From Myxococcota bacterium (lineage in GTDB: Bacteria; Myxococcota_A; Polyangia; Polyangiales; Houyiibacteriaceae): a stretch of DNA of 64,000 bases. Positions 45,919 through 55,616 of this stretch are shown here, piece after piece. The stretch is from contig JBCCEK010000003.1 in NCBI GenBank assembly GCA_039030295.1, forward strand, positions 180 to 64,179. The letters are read 5' to 3'. The position numbers and the translations under genes are program-made. The notes under the pieces were generated by a model, which was not told the origin of the DNA, searched no databases, and saw only the letters and a program-made list of their open reading frames with translations. Numbering within the stretch: the first letter of the stretch is position 1; every line of letters starts with the position of its first letter.

Positions 45919-46950
45919 TCAGGCGGGTCGCTGGGCGACGAAGAAGTAGTTCGGCGTGAAGATTCCGAGCTCTCCGCCGGCGATCAACGACTCGGCGGCG
46001 TTCCCAAGCATCCGGCTGACTTCGGTCGAGCCCGGAGGCGCGATCCGAAGCCGCTCGAGGGTACGAATCGTCCGGCGTGCGATCGCACGACCGACACGCC
46101 CGCGCCGGATGGCGATCGGATTGCTGAGCTCGCCCTTGAGCGGCAAGTACCAAGGCGTCCGCGCATCGGACCTCGTTGCCGCGTCGTGGCTTTCGACGAT
46201 CTCGAAGCCGGCCTCGCGGAGTGCTTCGAGAACCTCTGGGACGGTCGCAATGTCGGGCAGGCTGTCGCCCTCTTCGATGCCCTTCTTGATCTTCTGGTGA
46301 TGCGCATTCGTGGGGTCGAAGGCGTCCGTCATGCACCACTCATACGCGGCGAACTTGCCACCCGGCTTGAGAGTCCTGAGGATCTGCTTGAACACGGCGA
46401 CCTTGTCCGGGGCATGGCACGTCGCCTCGAATGCGTACGCGGCGTCGTACGTCTCGTCAGCGACACCGAGGTTCATGAAATCGTCTTTGAACCCAGAGCA
46501 CTGGCCGGCGAGCCCGGCTTTCTGGTTGTACTGCTCGAGCTTGGTCAGCTGGTAGTCGTTGTTGTTCACGCCTTCGATCGTGGCACCCGAGAAGCGCGCG
46601 ATGGCCCGCATGGGCCCACCGACCCCGCAGCCCACGTCGAGGACCTTCATGCCCTCGTTGAGCCCCAGTCGGAGCGCAAAGAAATGCTCGGAGCGAGCCA
46701 AGGACGCATCGAACGATTCACCGTCGAAGCGGGGTGCGAAGTGAAAGGACTGGCCCCAGCCGTGCTCGTAGAAATCGGTGACCAGATCGTAGTAGTGATT
46801 GATCATGGTCGTGTAGTCGGCCTTGCGCGTCTCGACGTTCGCGCCTGACGACTCGTCGAAGAAACCGAGGTAGTCGCGAATGGCGCCGCGGACGGTGCTG
46901 CGCGTCCGCGCGTCGGAGTAGAATTGCGTTACGGCTTGCTCTTGAGTCAT
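45919..46950 (-). CDS. Sterol C-24 methyltransferase (ERG6/SMT family)
   Basis: YYDLVTDFYEHGWGQSFHFA (SMT region I), VLDVGCGVGGP (SAM site), YAFEATCHAP (region III), 343 aa. Confidence 0.9.
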   Translation of the reverse strand: MTQEQAVTQFYSDARTRSTVRGAIRDYLGFFDESSGANVETRKADYTTMINHYYDLVTDFYEHGWGQSFHFAPRFDGESFDASLARSEHFFALRLGLNEGMKVLDVGCGVGGPMRAIARFSGATIEGVNNNDYQLTKLEQYNQKAGLAGQCSGFKDDFMNLGVADETYDAAYAFEATCHAPDKVAVFKQILRTLKPGGKFAAYEWCMTDAFDPTNAHHQKIKKGIEEGDSLPDIATVPEVLEALREAGFEIVESHDAATRSDARTPWYLPLKGELSNPIAIRRGRVGRAIARRTIRTLERLRIAPPGSTEVSRMLGNAAESLIAGGELGIFTPNYFFVAQRPA

Positions 46951-47181
46951 CGATATCCCCTACAAACGAATGAAACTTTGCAGTCCGTTACCACACGCGA
47001 GGAGAGGGACAACGAGCGTTTGACCGATCTCGCGGGTCCCGGAGGTCCGAGATCCGGACCCCTTAACCGTTCGGCCCACTCCGAGGACCTCTCATTGCGG
47101 CGACTCGACCCTTGACCGCCGTTCAGCCGGCACCGCGGGCAGCCTCACTTTTTTCTTTTCTGTGTCAGTATCCGCCGTTCG

Positions 47182-48534
47182 ATGGCCGACGGCGAAACCA
47201 AACTCGGGACTTTCTCGACCCTTTCCATCGGGATCGGGGGCATGGTGGGTGGGGGGATCTTCGCGGTGACGGGCCTCACTGTCCAGGTCACCAAAGGGGC
47301 CGCCCCGATCGCGTTTCTGATCGCAGGCATCGTGGCACTCCTCACGAGCTACTCGTATCTCAAACTCACACTCCGATATCCCGGCGAGGGAGGCACCGTC
47401 TCGTTCCTCAACCAGGCTTTCGGAGGCGGAGTGCTGACCGGCTCGGCCAACATCTTGCTCCTCCTGAGCTACGTCGTGCTTCTGGCCGTGTACGCGTACG
47501 CGTTCGGGAGCTACGGCGCGAGCTTCTTTCCGAAAGAGGAGCGTACCCTGTGGCTTCATGTGCTGATCAGCGCGGTGATCATCGGGCTGGTGGTCATCAA
47601 CGTGTTCGGCACGCAGCTGGTGATTCGATCGGAGAACTTTTTCAACGTCGTCAAGATGCTGCTTCTTGCAGTGTTCGTGGTGTGGGGGCTTGCGACGCCG
47701 ATGACCTGGAACCGGCTGGCACCTGCCGAGTTCGTTTCGCCGGTCTCACTCGTTGCGGGCGCCATGCTGATCTTCTTGAACTACGAGGGCTTCGAGCTCA
47801 TCGCGAATGCGTCCAAGGACGTGGCCGATCCCAAACGTTCTCTTCCGATTGCATACATCGGGGGAGTCTTGTTGGTCATGGTGCTCTACGTGTTGATCGT
47901 TACCGTTGTCGTCGGGCATATGACGTTTGCCGACGTCGAGAAGACACGCGACTACGCGCTGTCGGTTGCGGCGGAGACGTTCATGGGACGCCCCGGCTAC
48001 GTGGGTATCGCCGTGGCCGCGCTCATGGCCACCAGCTCCGCGATCAACGCGACATTCTACAGCACGGGCCGACTGACTTACATCATCGCGAAGAGCGGTC
48101 AGCTACCGCGCGAGCTCGAGCGGGAGCTCCGAGGCGAGCACCTCGAGGGCACCATCATCACTGCGGGGTTGGCGTTGCTGATCGCGAACGCGATCCCCCT
48201 TGATGCGATCGCGACCATGGGCAGCGCAGGCTTTCTCTTGATCTTCGTCGCGGTGAACGTCGCCAACGTACGCCTCGCGAAGGAGACCAACAGTCGCGCC
48301 TGGCTGTCTGGAATCGCGGCCCTGACCACAACCGCGGCGCTCATCGTGTTGTGTATCGAGATAGGCTCCAAACCCGAGACTAGGAACCAGTTGTGGATCC
48401 TCGCGGCGATGGTTGCCGTCTCGTTCGGCGTCGAAATGGCCTACCGAAAGAGCACGGGTCGCCACATCTCTCTAGTATCTCGTGGTACTTCCGAGACCCA
48501 GGCGCCTGTCCTTGGTGCCGGCCCTGAAGACTGA
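47182..48534 (+). CDS. APC-superfamily amino acid permease
   Basis: 450 aa with about 12 TM segments. The N-terminal LSIGIGGMVGGGIF is typical of APC transporters. Confidence 0.85.
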   Translation: MADGETKLGTFSTLSIGIGGMVGGGIFAVTGLTVQVTKGAAPIAFLIAGIVALLTSYSYLKLTLRYPGEGGTVSFLNQAFGGGVLTGSANILLLLSYVVLLAVYAYAFGSYGASFFPKEERTLWLHVLISAVIIGLVVINVFGTQLVIRSENFFNVVKMLLLAVFVVWGLATPMTWNRLAPAEFVSPVSLVAGAMLIFLNYEGFELIANASKDVADPKRSLPIAYIGGVLLVMVLYVLIVTVVVGHMTFADVEKTRDYALSVAAETFMGRPGYVGIAVAALMATSSAINATFYSTGRLTYIIAKSGQLPRELERELRGEHLEGTIITAGLALLIANAIPLDAIATMGSAGFLLIFVAVNVANVRLAKETNSRAWLSGIAALTTTAALIVLCIEIGSKPETRNQLWILAAMVAVSFGVEMAYRKSTGRHISLVSRGTSETQAPVLGAGPED

Positions 48535-48545
48535 GGAGAAGAAGC

Positions 48546-50048
48546 GTGTTCAAGGACTACCCCGACTACGACGGCATCGGTCTCGCCGACCTCATGAAAC
48601 GGAAGGAAGTATCCCCCGCCGAAGTGATGGAGGCGGCGATCGCGCGCACGGAGGCGCTCAATCCCAAGTTGAACGCGATCGTCACACCCCTCTACGATCG
48701 CGCCAAGAGGGACGACCTGCCCGACGGCGCAGGCCCCCTCGCCAACGTCCCTTTCCTCTTGAAGGACGTGCACCACGCGCTCGAGGGAACCCCGATGAGC
48801 AACGGGAGTGCGCTTCAGCAGGGAGAAGTCTCGACGCGCAACGCGACGATCGTCGACCGTTGGCTTCGGGCCGGCCTGCGGGTTTTCGGAAAGACCAACA
48901 CGCCCGAGTACAAGCTGACGCCAACCACCAACCCCAAGATTTTTGGCGCCACCCGCAACCCTTGGGACCTCGAACGAACGCCTGGCGGCTCGAGTGGTGG
49001 ATCGGCGGCTGCGGTTGCGGCACGACTCGCACCGCTCGCTTCCGGCACGGACGAGGCTGGCTCGATCCGAACGCCATCGGCCAACTGCGGGGTGTTTGGG
49101 CTCAAACCTTCCCGCGGTCGAAACCCGATTGGCCCCGATTTTCGCTGGGAGCTCGGCGGCTGCTCGACTTCGCACGTCATCAGTCGAAGCGTCCGCGACA
49201 GTGCGGCCGCGCTCGACGCGACTCACGGGCCCGAACTTGGCGGACCGTATCATTGCCCCATCGGCGGGGGGTTCCTCGAAGCGCTGCAGGAGCCCCCGAG
49301 CACGCTCCGCGTGGCCGTCGATACCGGGACGAGTTACTTCGGACGTCCCATGGAGCCAAGCTGCGTGGCTGCGGTCGAACAGGCCGCCAAGATACTTGAA
49401 CGCCTGGGCCATCACGTCGAGCTCGTGCCACTTCCGTTTGATGAATCGGAGGCACTCTGGCTATCGGTCATCTTGATCGCGACGAGCTTCGCCGGGTTCG
49501 TCGACGAGCTCGTAGATGAGTACGACCTCGCGCGCGTGAAACGCGGTATCGAGCCGCTCAACTATTTCATCTGGAAAGCTGGGCACGCGGTTCCTTCGCA
49601 GATCACCGAGCGTGCCCGTCTTCAACGCCACGAGCTCGCTCGGTCGCTCGCCGAGTTCCACACCCGCTACGACGTTCTTGTCACATCGACGATGTGTTGC
49701 GCACCGAGGCTGATCGAGGAAACCGAGCCTTCGTCCGCCGACATCAAGCTCGCGACGGTCCTCGCGTCGGGGTTGCTACGGCCCCTGGGTGCCGTGCCCG
49801 GTGTTATCGAGCGCATCATCGATGCGCAGATCGACAGCTTGATCTCGCGCGTCCCGTATCGCACAGCGCTCGCGAGCGTCACGGGGCAGCCGGCGATGTC
49901 GGTTCCGCTTCATTGGACCGACGAGGGGCTTCCTGTTGGGGTTCAGTTTCTTGGGGGTTTCGGAAGCGAGCGCATGTTGCTTCAGTTGGCGTCCCAGCTC
50001 GAGTCGGCCCACCCGTGGGCGTCCAAGCGACCTTCGCATGCGTCCTGA
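48546..50048 (+). CDS. Amidase (amidase-signature family)
   Basis: [45 protein letters not shown] signature. GTG start. Confidence 0.9.
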   Translation: MFKDYPDYDGIGLADLMKRKEVSPAEVMEAAIARTEALNPKLNAIVTPLYDRAKRDDLPDGAGPLANVPFLLKDVHHALEGTPMSNGSALQQGEVSTRNATIVDRWLRAGLRVFGKTNTPEYKLTPTTNPKIFGATRNPWDLERTPGGSSGGSAAAVAARLAPLASGTDEAGSIRTPSANCGVFGLKPSRGRNPIGPDFRWELGGCSTSHVISRSVRDSAAALDATHGPELGGPYHCPIGGGFLEALQEPPSTLRVAVDTGTSYFGRPMEPSCVAAVEQAAKILERLGHHVELVPLPFDESEALWLSVILIATSFAGFVDELVDEYDLARVKRGIEPLNYFIWKAGHAVPSQITERARLQRHELARSLAEFHTRYDVLVTSTMCCAPRLIEETEPSSADIKLATVLASGLLRPLGAVPGVIERIIDAQIDSLISRVPYRTALASVTGQPAMSVPLHWTDEGLPVGVQFLGGFGSERMLLQLASQLESAHPWASKRPSHAS

Positions 50049-50107
50049 GCCTCGCGTTCGTCCCCATCGGGGACCGTGCTAGGGTGCGCGCCCTCGGAGG
50101 ACCACGC

Positions 50108-51112
50108 ATGGGAACAAAACCGACTGGCCTACTCGCGTTCTGGCGAAACTACGATCGTAAGACCTACGTCAAGGCGGCGGTACTTGCCGATCGCCTCGGA
50201 TACGACTCGTTCTGGCTTCCCGAGGTCTGGGGCTACGAGTCGTTCACGCTTCTCACCGAGATCGCTTTGAAGACGAAGCGCATCAAGTTGGGCACCGGCA
50301 TCATCAACGTGTTCAGTCGGTCGCCCGCCCTGATCGCCATGCAGGCGGCCACCCTGGACGAGGTCAGCGGCGGAAGGTTCATTCTCGGGGTCGGCACGAG
50401 CGGCAAGCGCGTGATCGAAGGGCTTCACGGACGTGACTTCGAGAAACCACTCACGCAGACGCGAGACGTCATACGAGTCGTCAAGACGCTCCTTGACGGA
50501 CGGCCCATTTCGGAGTCCGACGCGAAGCTCCGGCACTACCGACCGTTCAAGCTCGACTTCGAGCCAAGGCGAAGAAAGATCCCGATCTATGTAGCGGCGC
50601 TTAAGCAGAAATCGGTCACGAGTATCGGGGAACTTGCCGACGGGTGGATGCCGATCTTCTGGCCGTACGATCGTCTCGAAGACGGACGGGCTTGGATCGC
50701 CGATGGGGCTGCCAAGTCTGGGCGAGATCCGGCGGAGATCGTGACCGCGCCCTTCACGACGGTCATCCCTGTGCCGGGCCGCGGCGCCTCGAAGAAGGCA
50801 CGCGAAATTATCGCGTTCTACATCGGCGGCATGGGTGAGTACTATAAGGAGCTGCTCACCGGCTTCGGCTACGGTGAGGAGTGTAACGAAGTCGAGCGGC
50901 TGTACCGTGACAAGTCGACTCGAGCGCAGGCTCTTGACGCGGTGACCGACGAGATGGTCGAACGACTGACGATCTCAGGCGATCCCCTCCACTGCCGCAA
51001 AGAGCTCGGGAGACGGCGCGGGCTTGGTCTGCAAGAGCCGATCATCAACTTACCGCCAGGCATCCCGTGGCCGGCGATGGCCGCCTTCATTACATCGCTT
51101 GCGCGGGCCTGA
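50108..51112 (+). CDS. Luciferase-like (LLM class) flavin/F420-dependent oxidoreductase
   Basis: [20 protein letters not shown]...[18 protein letters not shown]...[11 protein letters not shown]. Start moved to ATG 50108. Confidence 0.8.
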   Translation: MGTKPTGLLAFWRNYDRKTYVKAAVLADRLGYDSFWLPEVWGYESFTLLTEIALKTKRIKLGTGIINVFSRSPALIAMQAATLDEVSGGRFILGVGTSGKRVIEGLHGRDFEKPLTQTRDVIRVVKTLLDGRPISESDAKLRHYRPFKLDFEPRRRKIPIYVAALKQKSVTSIGELADGWMPIFWPYDRLEDGRAWIADGAAKSGRDPAEIVTAPFTTVIPVPGRGASKKAREIIAFYIGGMGEYYKELLTGFGYGEECNEVERLYRDKSTRAQALDAVTDEMVERLTISGDPLHCRKELGRRRGLGLQEPIINLPPGIPWPAMAAFITSLARA

Positions 51113-51149
51113 CGACTCCACAGCCGACAAGTTGGTGTATGCTGCACCC

Positions 51150-52088
51150 ATGTCTCCCGTCGAGGCGCCCTTCGCGAAGGGGTGGTACATGGTTTGCTGG
51201 AGCAACGACCTCGAGCGAGGCGCGACCTTGCCGCTCCGTTACTTCGCCAAGGACTTCGTGTTGTTCCGAGGGGAGAGTGGCCGCGCCACACTCCTCGACG
51301 CGCATTGCCCGCACCTCGGTGCGCACCTCGGTCACGGAGGCTGTGTCAAGGGTGACGATATCGTTTGCCCGTTTCATGCGTGGCGGTTCTCGCCCGAAGG
51401 TCGCTGTATCGAGGTCCCCTACGCGAGCCGCATTCCACCGAAAGCAGCCCTCCGGCAGTATCCGGTTTCGGAACACAGCGGGATGATCTTTGCCTACTTC
51501 GATGAAGAGGGGGTCGTCCCCGACTACGAAGTACCGCCGATTCACGAGCTGGACGATCCCAACTGGACTCCGCTCGAGATGAGTGAGATCCAGATCGCCA
51601 CCCAGCCGCGTGAGGTCATCGAGAACGTCGCGGACGTTGCGCACTTTGGCCCGGTTCACCACCAGACGATCGATGAGTTCGAGATGATCATCGATGGGCC
51701 AAGGGCCACTCAGAGAACGATTGGCAGAGGGGGGACGCTCGACGGGAGACCGATACCGGTCGAGTCGGTCGCGACCTATCACGGACCGGCCGTGCAATTC
51801 ACGAGGCTGATGTGGGCCTACGACATGGTCCTGGTGAACGCCCATGTGCCCATCGACCACGAGGCGCTCGTCCTTCGGTTCGGCGTGACGCTCCGCAAAC
51901 GAGCGGGCGAGAACGCGGGGCGTGACGTGATTCTGCAGCACGTCGCGGCAGCGCGCGACGGTTACTTCCAAGATGTCGCCATCTGGGAGCACAAGCGATG
52001 GCGCGATCGACCCACCCTCGTTGAGGGAGACGGGCCGATCGGCGAGATCCGGAAGTGGTACCGGTCATTTTTCGCTGAAGCATCTTGA
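51150..52088 (+). CDS. Rieske [2Fe-2S] non-haem-iron oxygenase (KshA/Neverland/SdmA-like single-component alpha subunit)
   Basis: Rieske CPHLGAHLGHG...CPFHAWRF. Mononuclear iron motif ENVADVAHFGPVHH (E-x3-D-x2-H-x4-H). Start moved to ATG 51150. Confidence 0.85.
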   Translation: MSPVEAPFAKGWYMVCWSNDLERGATLPLRYFAKDFVLFRGESGRATLLDAHCPHLGAHLGHGGCVKGDDIVCPFHAWRFSPEGRCIEVPYASRIPPKAALRQYPVSEHSGMIFAYFDEEGVVPDYEVPPIHELDDPNWTPLEMSEIQIATQPREVIENVADVAHFGPVHHQTIDEFEMIIDGPRATQRTIGRGGTLDGRPIPVESVATYHGPAVQFTRLMWAYDMVLVNAHVPIDHEALVLRFGVTLRKRAGENAGRDVILQHVAAARDGYFQDVAIWEHKRWRDRPTLVEGDGPIGEIRKWYRSFFAEAS

Positions 52089-52113
52089 GCGCCACACGAC
52101 GGCGGACGCGCGG

Positions 52114-53478
52114 TCAGCGTGGGATGAGCCGCATCGGAAGTCCATCGACAGGCTTGCTGAACGGGAAGTACTGGAGCTTGGCGGGGTAGTACCCACGCTT
52201 GGCGAACTCGAGCCGGTACCCTCGAAGCATCTCGGCGAACGTCTGCATGAAGAGAAGACGCGCGAAGTGCATCCCGATGCATTTGTGTGCGCCGCCGCCG
52301 AACGGAATCCACATGAAGTTGTGTTTTCGGTGCTCGTTGCGGTCCTCGCCGAACCGTGTGTGGTCGAATTCGTCGGGGCGCTCCCAAAAGCCTTCTAGGC
52401 GCTGGATGTAGATCCCGGGTACGCACACCATCGTATCGGCTGGGATTCGGACGCCTCCGAACTCGCATTCACGAATGGTGCGACGAAGAAATAGCGAAAC
52501 GGGCGGGTGCAGCCGGAGTGTTTCGTAGAACACGCCCACAACCTCTTTCATCTCGTGAAAGAACGCCTCGTAGCTCGGTGGCTGCTCAGTACCGGCGAAG
52601 TCGCGGTAAAGCGTCTCTTGAAGGCGGAAGTCGTGGCACAGGTAGTACGCTGCCATCGTTGCGGCGCTGGTCGTCGTGTCGTGCGCCGCAAGCATCAAGA
52701 AAACCATATGATCCGCGATGTCCTCGTCTTCGTAGTACTGGCCCTCCTCGGTCTTCGAACGGCAGAAGTGGGCGAACACGTCTTCATCGTCGGAGGTGCG
52801 TTTGCGCGCGATCAGATCCATGAAGAACCGCTTGAGCGTGCGACGGCCGCGAAGGCCTCGATGGTAAGGAAGGCCGGGGATGGGCAACCGGACCACCCCG
52901 AGCGCACCCTCCATCATGTCCGTGAAAGCGGTGTTCACGAGTCGGATGGTCTTGTCTGAGTCTTCAACCCAGCAGAACACTTCGAACGCGATGTCCAGCA
53001 ACAGGAGCTTGACCTCGTCGTAGAATAGAAACTCGTCACGTTCCGCCCATTGCGAGACTCGCCGCTCTACGATGCGCTGAATGCGGGACAGGTACCCACG
53101 CATCGCATCGGGCTTGAATGACGTCTGCATGATGCCGCGGTGCAGGCGATGCTCCTCGAAGTCGCGCATCACGAGGCCGCCTTCGAAGAACTCCGCCATC
53201 ACCGACTCCCAGCCCTTCTTGATCGAGAAGTTCTTCTCTCGATCGAGAAGCACCCGCTGGGCGTGATCGGGGTGGATCAGAAGCGTGCACTTGTTGCCGG
53301 TGATCGAGATTCGGCTCACCGGCCCGTACTTCCGGAAGTGTCGGTCGAACATGGCGTTCGGGTCGCGGACCATCTCGAGCGTCTTGCCGACGAGGGGGAG
53401 CCCGTACTCCCCAGGCAAGTGCCTGAGGTCGCGATTCGCTGGCCGCTGGTCGTACGGGATCGGTTCGGCGTGTTCCAT
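52114..53478 (-). CDS. Cytochrome P450 (not CYP51-like)
   Basis: Haem loop FGGGAHKCIGMHFA, ETLRLHPP (ExxR), and I-helix LMLAAHDTTTS. ATG 53478 preferred over GTG 53487. Confidence 0.9.
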   Translation of the reverse strand: MEHAEPIPYDQRPANRDLRHLPGEYGLPLVGKTLEMVRDPNAMFDRHFRKYGPVSRISITGNKCTLLIHPDHAQRVLLDREKNFSIKKGWESVMAEFFEGGLVMRDFEEHRLHRGIMQTSFKPDAMRGYLSRIQRIVERRVSQWAERDEFLFYDEVKLLLLDIAFEVFCWVEDSDKTIRLVNTAFTDMMEGALGVVRLPIPGLPYHRGLRGRRTLKRFFMDLIARKRTSDDEDVFAHFCRSKTEEGQYYEDEDIADHMVFLMLAAHDTTTSAATMAAYYLCHDFRLQETLYRDFAGTEQPPSYEAFFHEMKEVVGVFYETLRLHPPVSLFLRRTIRECEFGGVRIPADTMVCVPGIYIQRLEGFWERPDEFDHTRFGEDRNEHRKHNFMWIPFGGGAHKCIGMHFARLLFMQTFAEMLRGYRLEFAKRGYYPAKLQYFPFSKPVDGLPMRLIPR

Positions 53479-53529
53479 CGAGCACACGGTCGGGTTGCAG
53501 GACTCTCGATCTCGCTTCTATTCGTTATA

Positions 53530-53542
53530 TTACAATTTGTAA
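53530..53542. promoter_or_regulatory. Palindrome TTACAA-T-TTGTAA in an AT-rich patch upstream of the P450
   Basis: Located 52-64 nt upstream of the P450 ATG, inside ttctattcgttatattacaatttgtaaagttaaag, the most AT-rich stretch of this region. Confidence 0.35.
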
Positions 53543-53593
53543 AGTTAAAGCGTCGCCGAGCTTTCCCGCGTGTTTTTGGACGGAGTAAGTGGT

Positions 53594-54472
53594 TCAGGCG
53601 GCGTCGCCCGAGTCCGGGCCAGGGTCCTGCGGAGTGCTCTTGGCCGCATCTTGGATGGTCGCGGCGAGCGCCCGCACCTCCCTGTCACTCAGGGTCTCTG
53701 ATTGAAGTCGTTCGGCGGTGCGCCGGATCGCTGCGAACCGCTGGTCGATGGTTTCGTAGATCGCGCCGTTCTTGGGTGGGAGCGTCAGCCGACCCGTGAC
53801 CTCACGGAGCCTGGACTCGGCTTGTCGTCGGTTGCGCTCGGCTTCCTCGTGCAGCTGAACTGCGCCCTTGAAGTTCTCGAGAAGCTCGGCTTGCTCCCGC
53901 AGGCTCGAATCCAAATGCCGCGTAAGTACGTCCACGCTTACGATCGCCACACCGCCGAACACGGCGAAGAGCGCCGTCACTCGCAACCAATCGACCAAGT
54001 CTGTCGGGTCGTAAAAGTGCGCTGTCTCTATCGACACGATCCCGCTCGAGAGGCAGACCCCTGCGGTCAGCAGCGCGAGCAGGTTGAACCCGAAGGCCGT
54101 CCAGGTCGCGCGTCGTCCAAAGAGAACCGAGGCGAGAAGGTTCTGCGCGACCAAGATCAGGATCGGGGCGGGGAGGTAGCCCGCGGCGAAGAGACCAAAG
54201 ACCCCCCCAACGTAGAGCAGCCCGAGAAAGCCGGCGGCGCGCACCGCGTACGACAGGGGCCGGGCGAGGAGTAGGATCGTTAGTCCTGCGTAGACGACGA
54301 GAGCGGCACCCGCGACCGTCCATGCCTCCATGTCGATCGCGTCCACCAAGGTCCGCACAAACGCGAGCCCGCCCACCGCAACAGACATCAGAAGAGTCAC
54401 GTTGAGGATGCGAAGCCGAATGGCGTTGGCTTCGTTTGCGATATTGCGTTGCTTTGGCGCGTCAGCTTCCAA
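53594..54472 (-). CDS. Hypothetical polytopic membrane protein with a C-terminal coiled-coil
   Basis: 292 aa. About six hydrophobic segments are followed by a charged helical tail (LREQAELLENFKGAVQLHEEAERNRRQAESRLRE). No kinase motifs seen. Confidence 0.5.
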   Translation of the reverse strand: MEADAPKQRNIANEANAIRLRILNVTLLMSVAVGGLAFVRTLVDAIDMEAWTVAGAALVVYAGLTILLLARPLSYAVRAAGFLGLLYVGGVFGLFAAGYLPAPILILVAQNLLASVLFGRRATWTAFGFNLLALLTAGVCLSSGIVSIETAHFYDPTDLVDWLRVTALFAVFGGVAIVSVDVLTRHLDSSLREQAELLENFKGAVQLHEEAERNRRQAESRLREVTGRLTLPPKNGAIYETIDQRFAAIRRTAERLQSETLSDREVRALAATIQDAAKSTPQDPGPDSGDAA

Positions 54473-54647
54473 CTCACATCACCCAGACGCGGATAGTAGA
54501 CCGCTTCGCTTCGATGGGCAGTCCAAAGCTAGGGGGCTCTTGAGCGCTGTCGCAGTCTTTTGGGGGGCGCCGTTTTTGCCTCGAATTTCCGAGTAGTTGA
54601 AGGACCGTCGTCCACCTGGTGGCCACAGGCTGTCCGGGTTTGGCCGC

Positions 54648-55607
54648 TCAGCCGTAGGTCGCTTCGAGGGCGGCGACGAAGGCATCGAGTTGGTCCGCCG
54701 GAAGCGCGTTGATCCCGGCTGCAGCGGCCCGTCCCCCGCCGGTCGGGAACTGCCGACACAGCGTGTCCGCCCCGCGCTTGTCGTCGAGCGGAGCCCGCAC
54801 GCTCACAAGGTACGTTCCATCGGCGCGTTCCGTGAGCACCGCATGCGCGCGGGACGGCGTGCGGTTCGCCAGCTCGTTGCCATACACGCCAGAGACGCGG
54901 CGTGCCCAGGGCTCGTCCGGCAAGATGACGACCGAAGTCGCATCGTCTTGCCTTGCCGGCTCGACTGAGGCCGCCGCGGCCATGTCCTGTCGGTAGCCTG
55001 TCTCCAGCGCCTCGAACGTCTTCGGCGCCTCACTCACGAAGGCGAACGGCGTCGGGAACGGACTCACCAGACGAAAGAGCTCATCCGGCGCGAAGTGAAG
55101 GTCCTCGAGTGAGGAACCGTATCCGTTGTAGTTGATGCAAGTCCCAAGCGTGTCGAGCAACGCGAGCTGGGCCTCGGTGAGATCGAGGGGCGCGGCAAGG
55201 GCGCGTGCCGTCTCCTTAAGGTTGTCGCCGAAAGCGCCGGTGATCGCCCACTCGACGTAGGCCCCCCCGAGGCGGCCGTTCACCAGCAACGATGTGCATA
55301 CATTGGGATCAGTGTCGATGATCGTTTCAAGTTGGGGGTGCTCTGGAACCTCCCCCGCGAAGTGGTGGTCGACGTAGAAGACACTTGCCCCGACCGCGAG
55401 GGCTTGCTCGACGCCGCCGCGGTTCTTGTCGAAGCTGACATCGAGCACGGTCACTTGGTCGCCTTCTTTTGTACCTGCCTTGGCAACCAGTGCGATGTCG
55501 CGCTTCACCCCGGTGACGAGTCGACTGTCACGCGGTTCGGCGTTGTGCAGTTGCGCGAGGGCACAAATCCCATCCGCATCACCGTTGAAAATGTCGATCC
55601 GTGCCAT
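54648..55607 (-). CDS. DHH-family phosphoesterase-like protein
   Basis: N-terminal FNGDADGICA (DxD motif) and YVDHHF (DHH motif). Confidence 0.65.
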   Translation of the reverse strand: MARIDIFNGDADGICALAQLHNAEPRDSRLVTGVKRDIALVAKAGTKEGDQVTVLDVSFDKNRGGVEQALAVGASVFYVDHHFAGEVPEHPQLETIIDTDPNVCTSLLVNGRLGGAYVEWAITGAFGDNLKETARALAAPLDLTEAQLALLDTLGTCINYNGYGSSLEDLHFAPDELFRLVSPFPTPFAFVSEAPKTFEALETGYRQDMAAAASVEPARQDDATSVVILPDEPWARRVSGVYGNELANRTPSRAHAVLTERADGTYLVSVRAPLDDKRGADTLCRQFPTGGGRAAAAGINALPADQLDAFVAALEATYG

Positions 55608-55616
55608 GGGCGGCTC

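Noticed and set aside
33055-46950. Calling the sterol module a genomic island or mobile element
   Set aside because: No integrase, transposase, tRNA or flanking direct or inverted repeats are visible. Composition looks similar to the surrounding genes by eye. Horizontal origin is plausible for individual genes but cannot be supported from this window.
46951-47181. Possible leader, attenuator or riboswitch upstream of the amino-acid permease (GC hairpin near 47033-47062, T-tract CTTTTTTCTTTTC at 47148-47160)
   Set aside because: The hairpin is imperfect and not adjacent to the T-tract. No known riboswitch core was recognised. This is also simply a divergent promoter region.
52114-53478. Calling the P450 a CYP51 sterol 14-alpha-demethylase
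   Set aside because: The I-helix reads AAHDTTTS, not the CYP51-type (A/G)GQHTS, and I could not see the CYP51 B'-helix signature. It is kept as a generic P450 with only positional linkage to sterol genes.
53594-54472. Membrane protein as the missing sensor kinase for the LytTR regulator
   Set aside because: It has TM segments and a coiled-coil but no H-box or ATPase (N, G1, G2) motifs, and it lies 8 kb away on the other strand.
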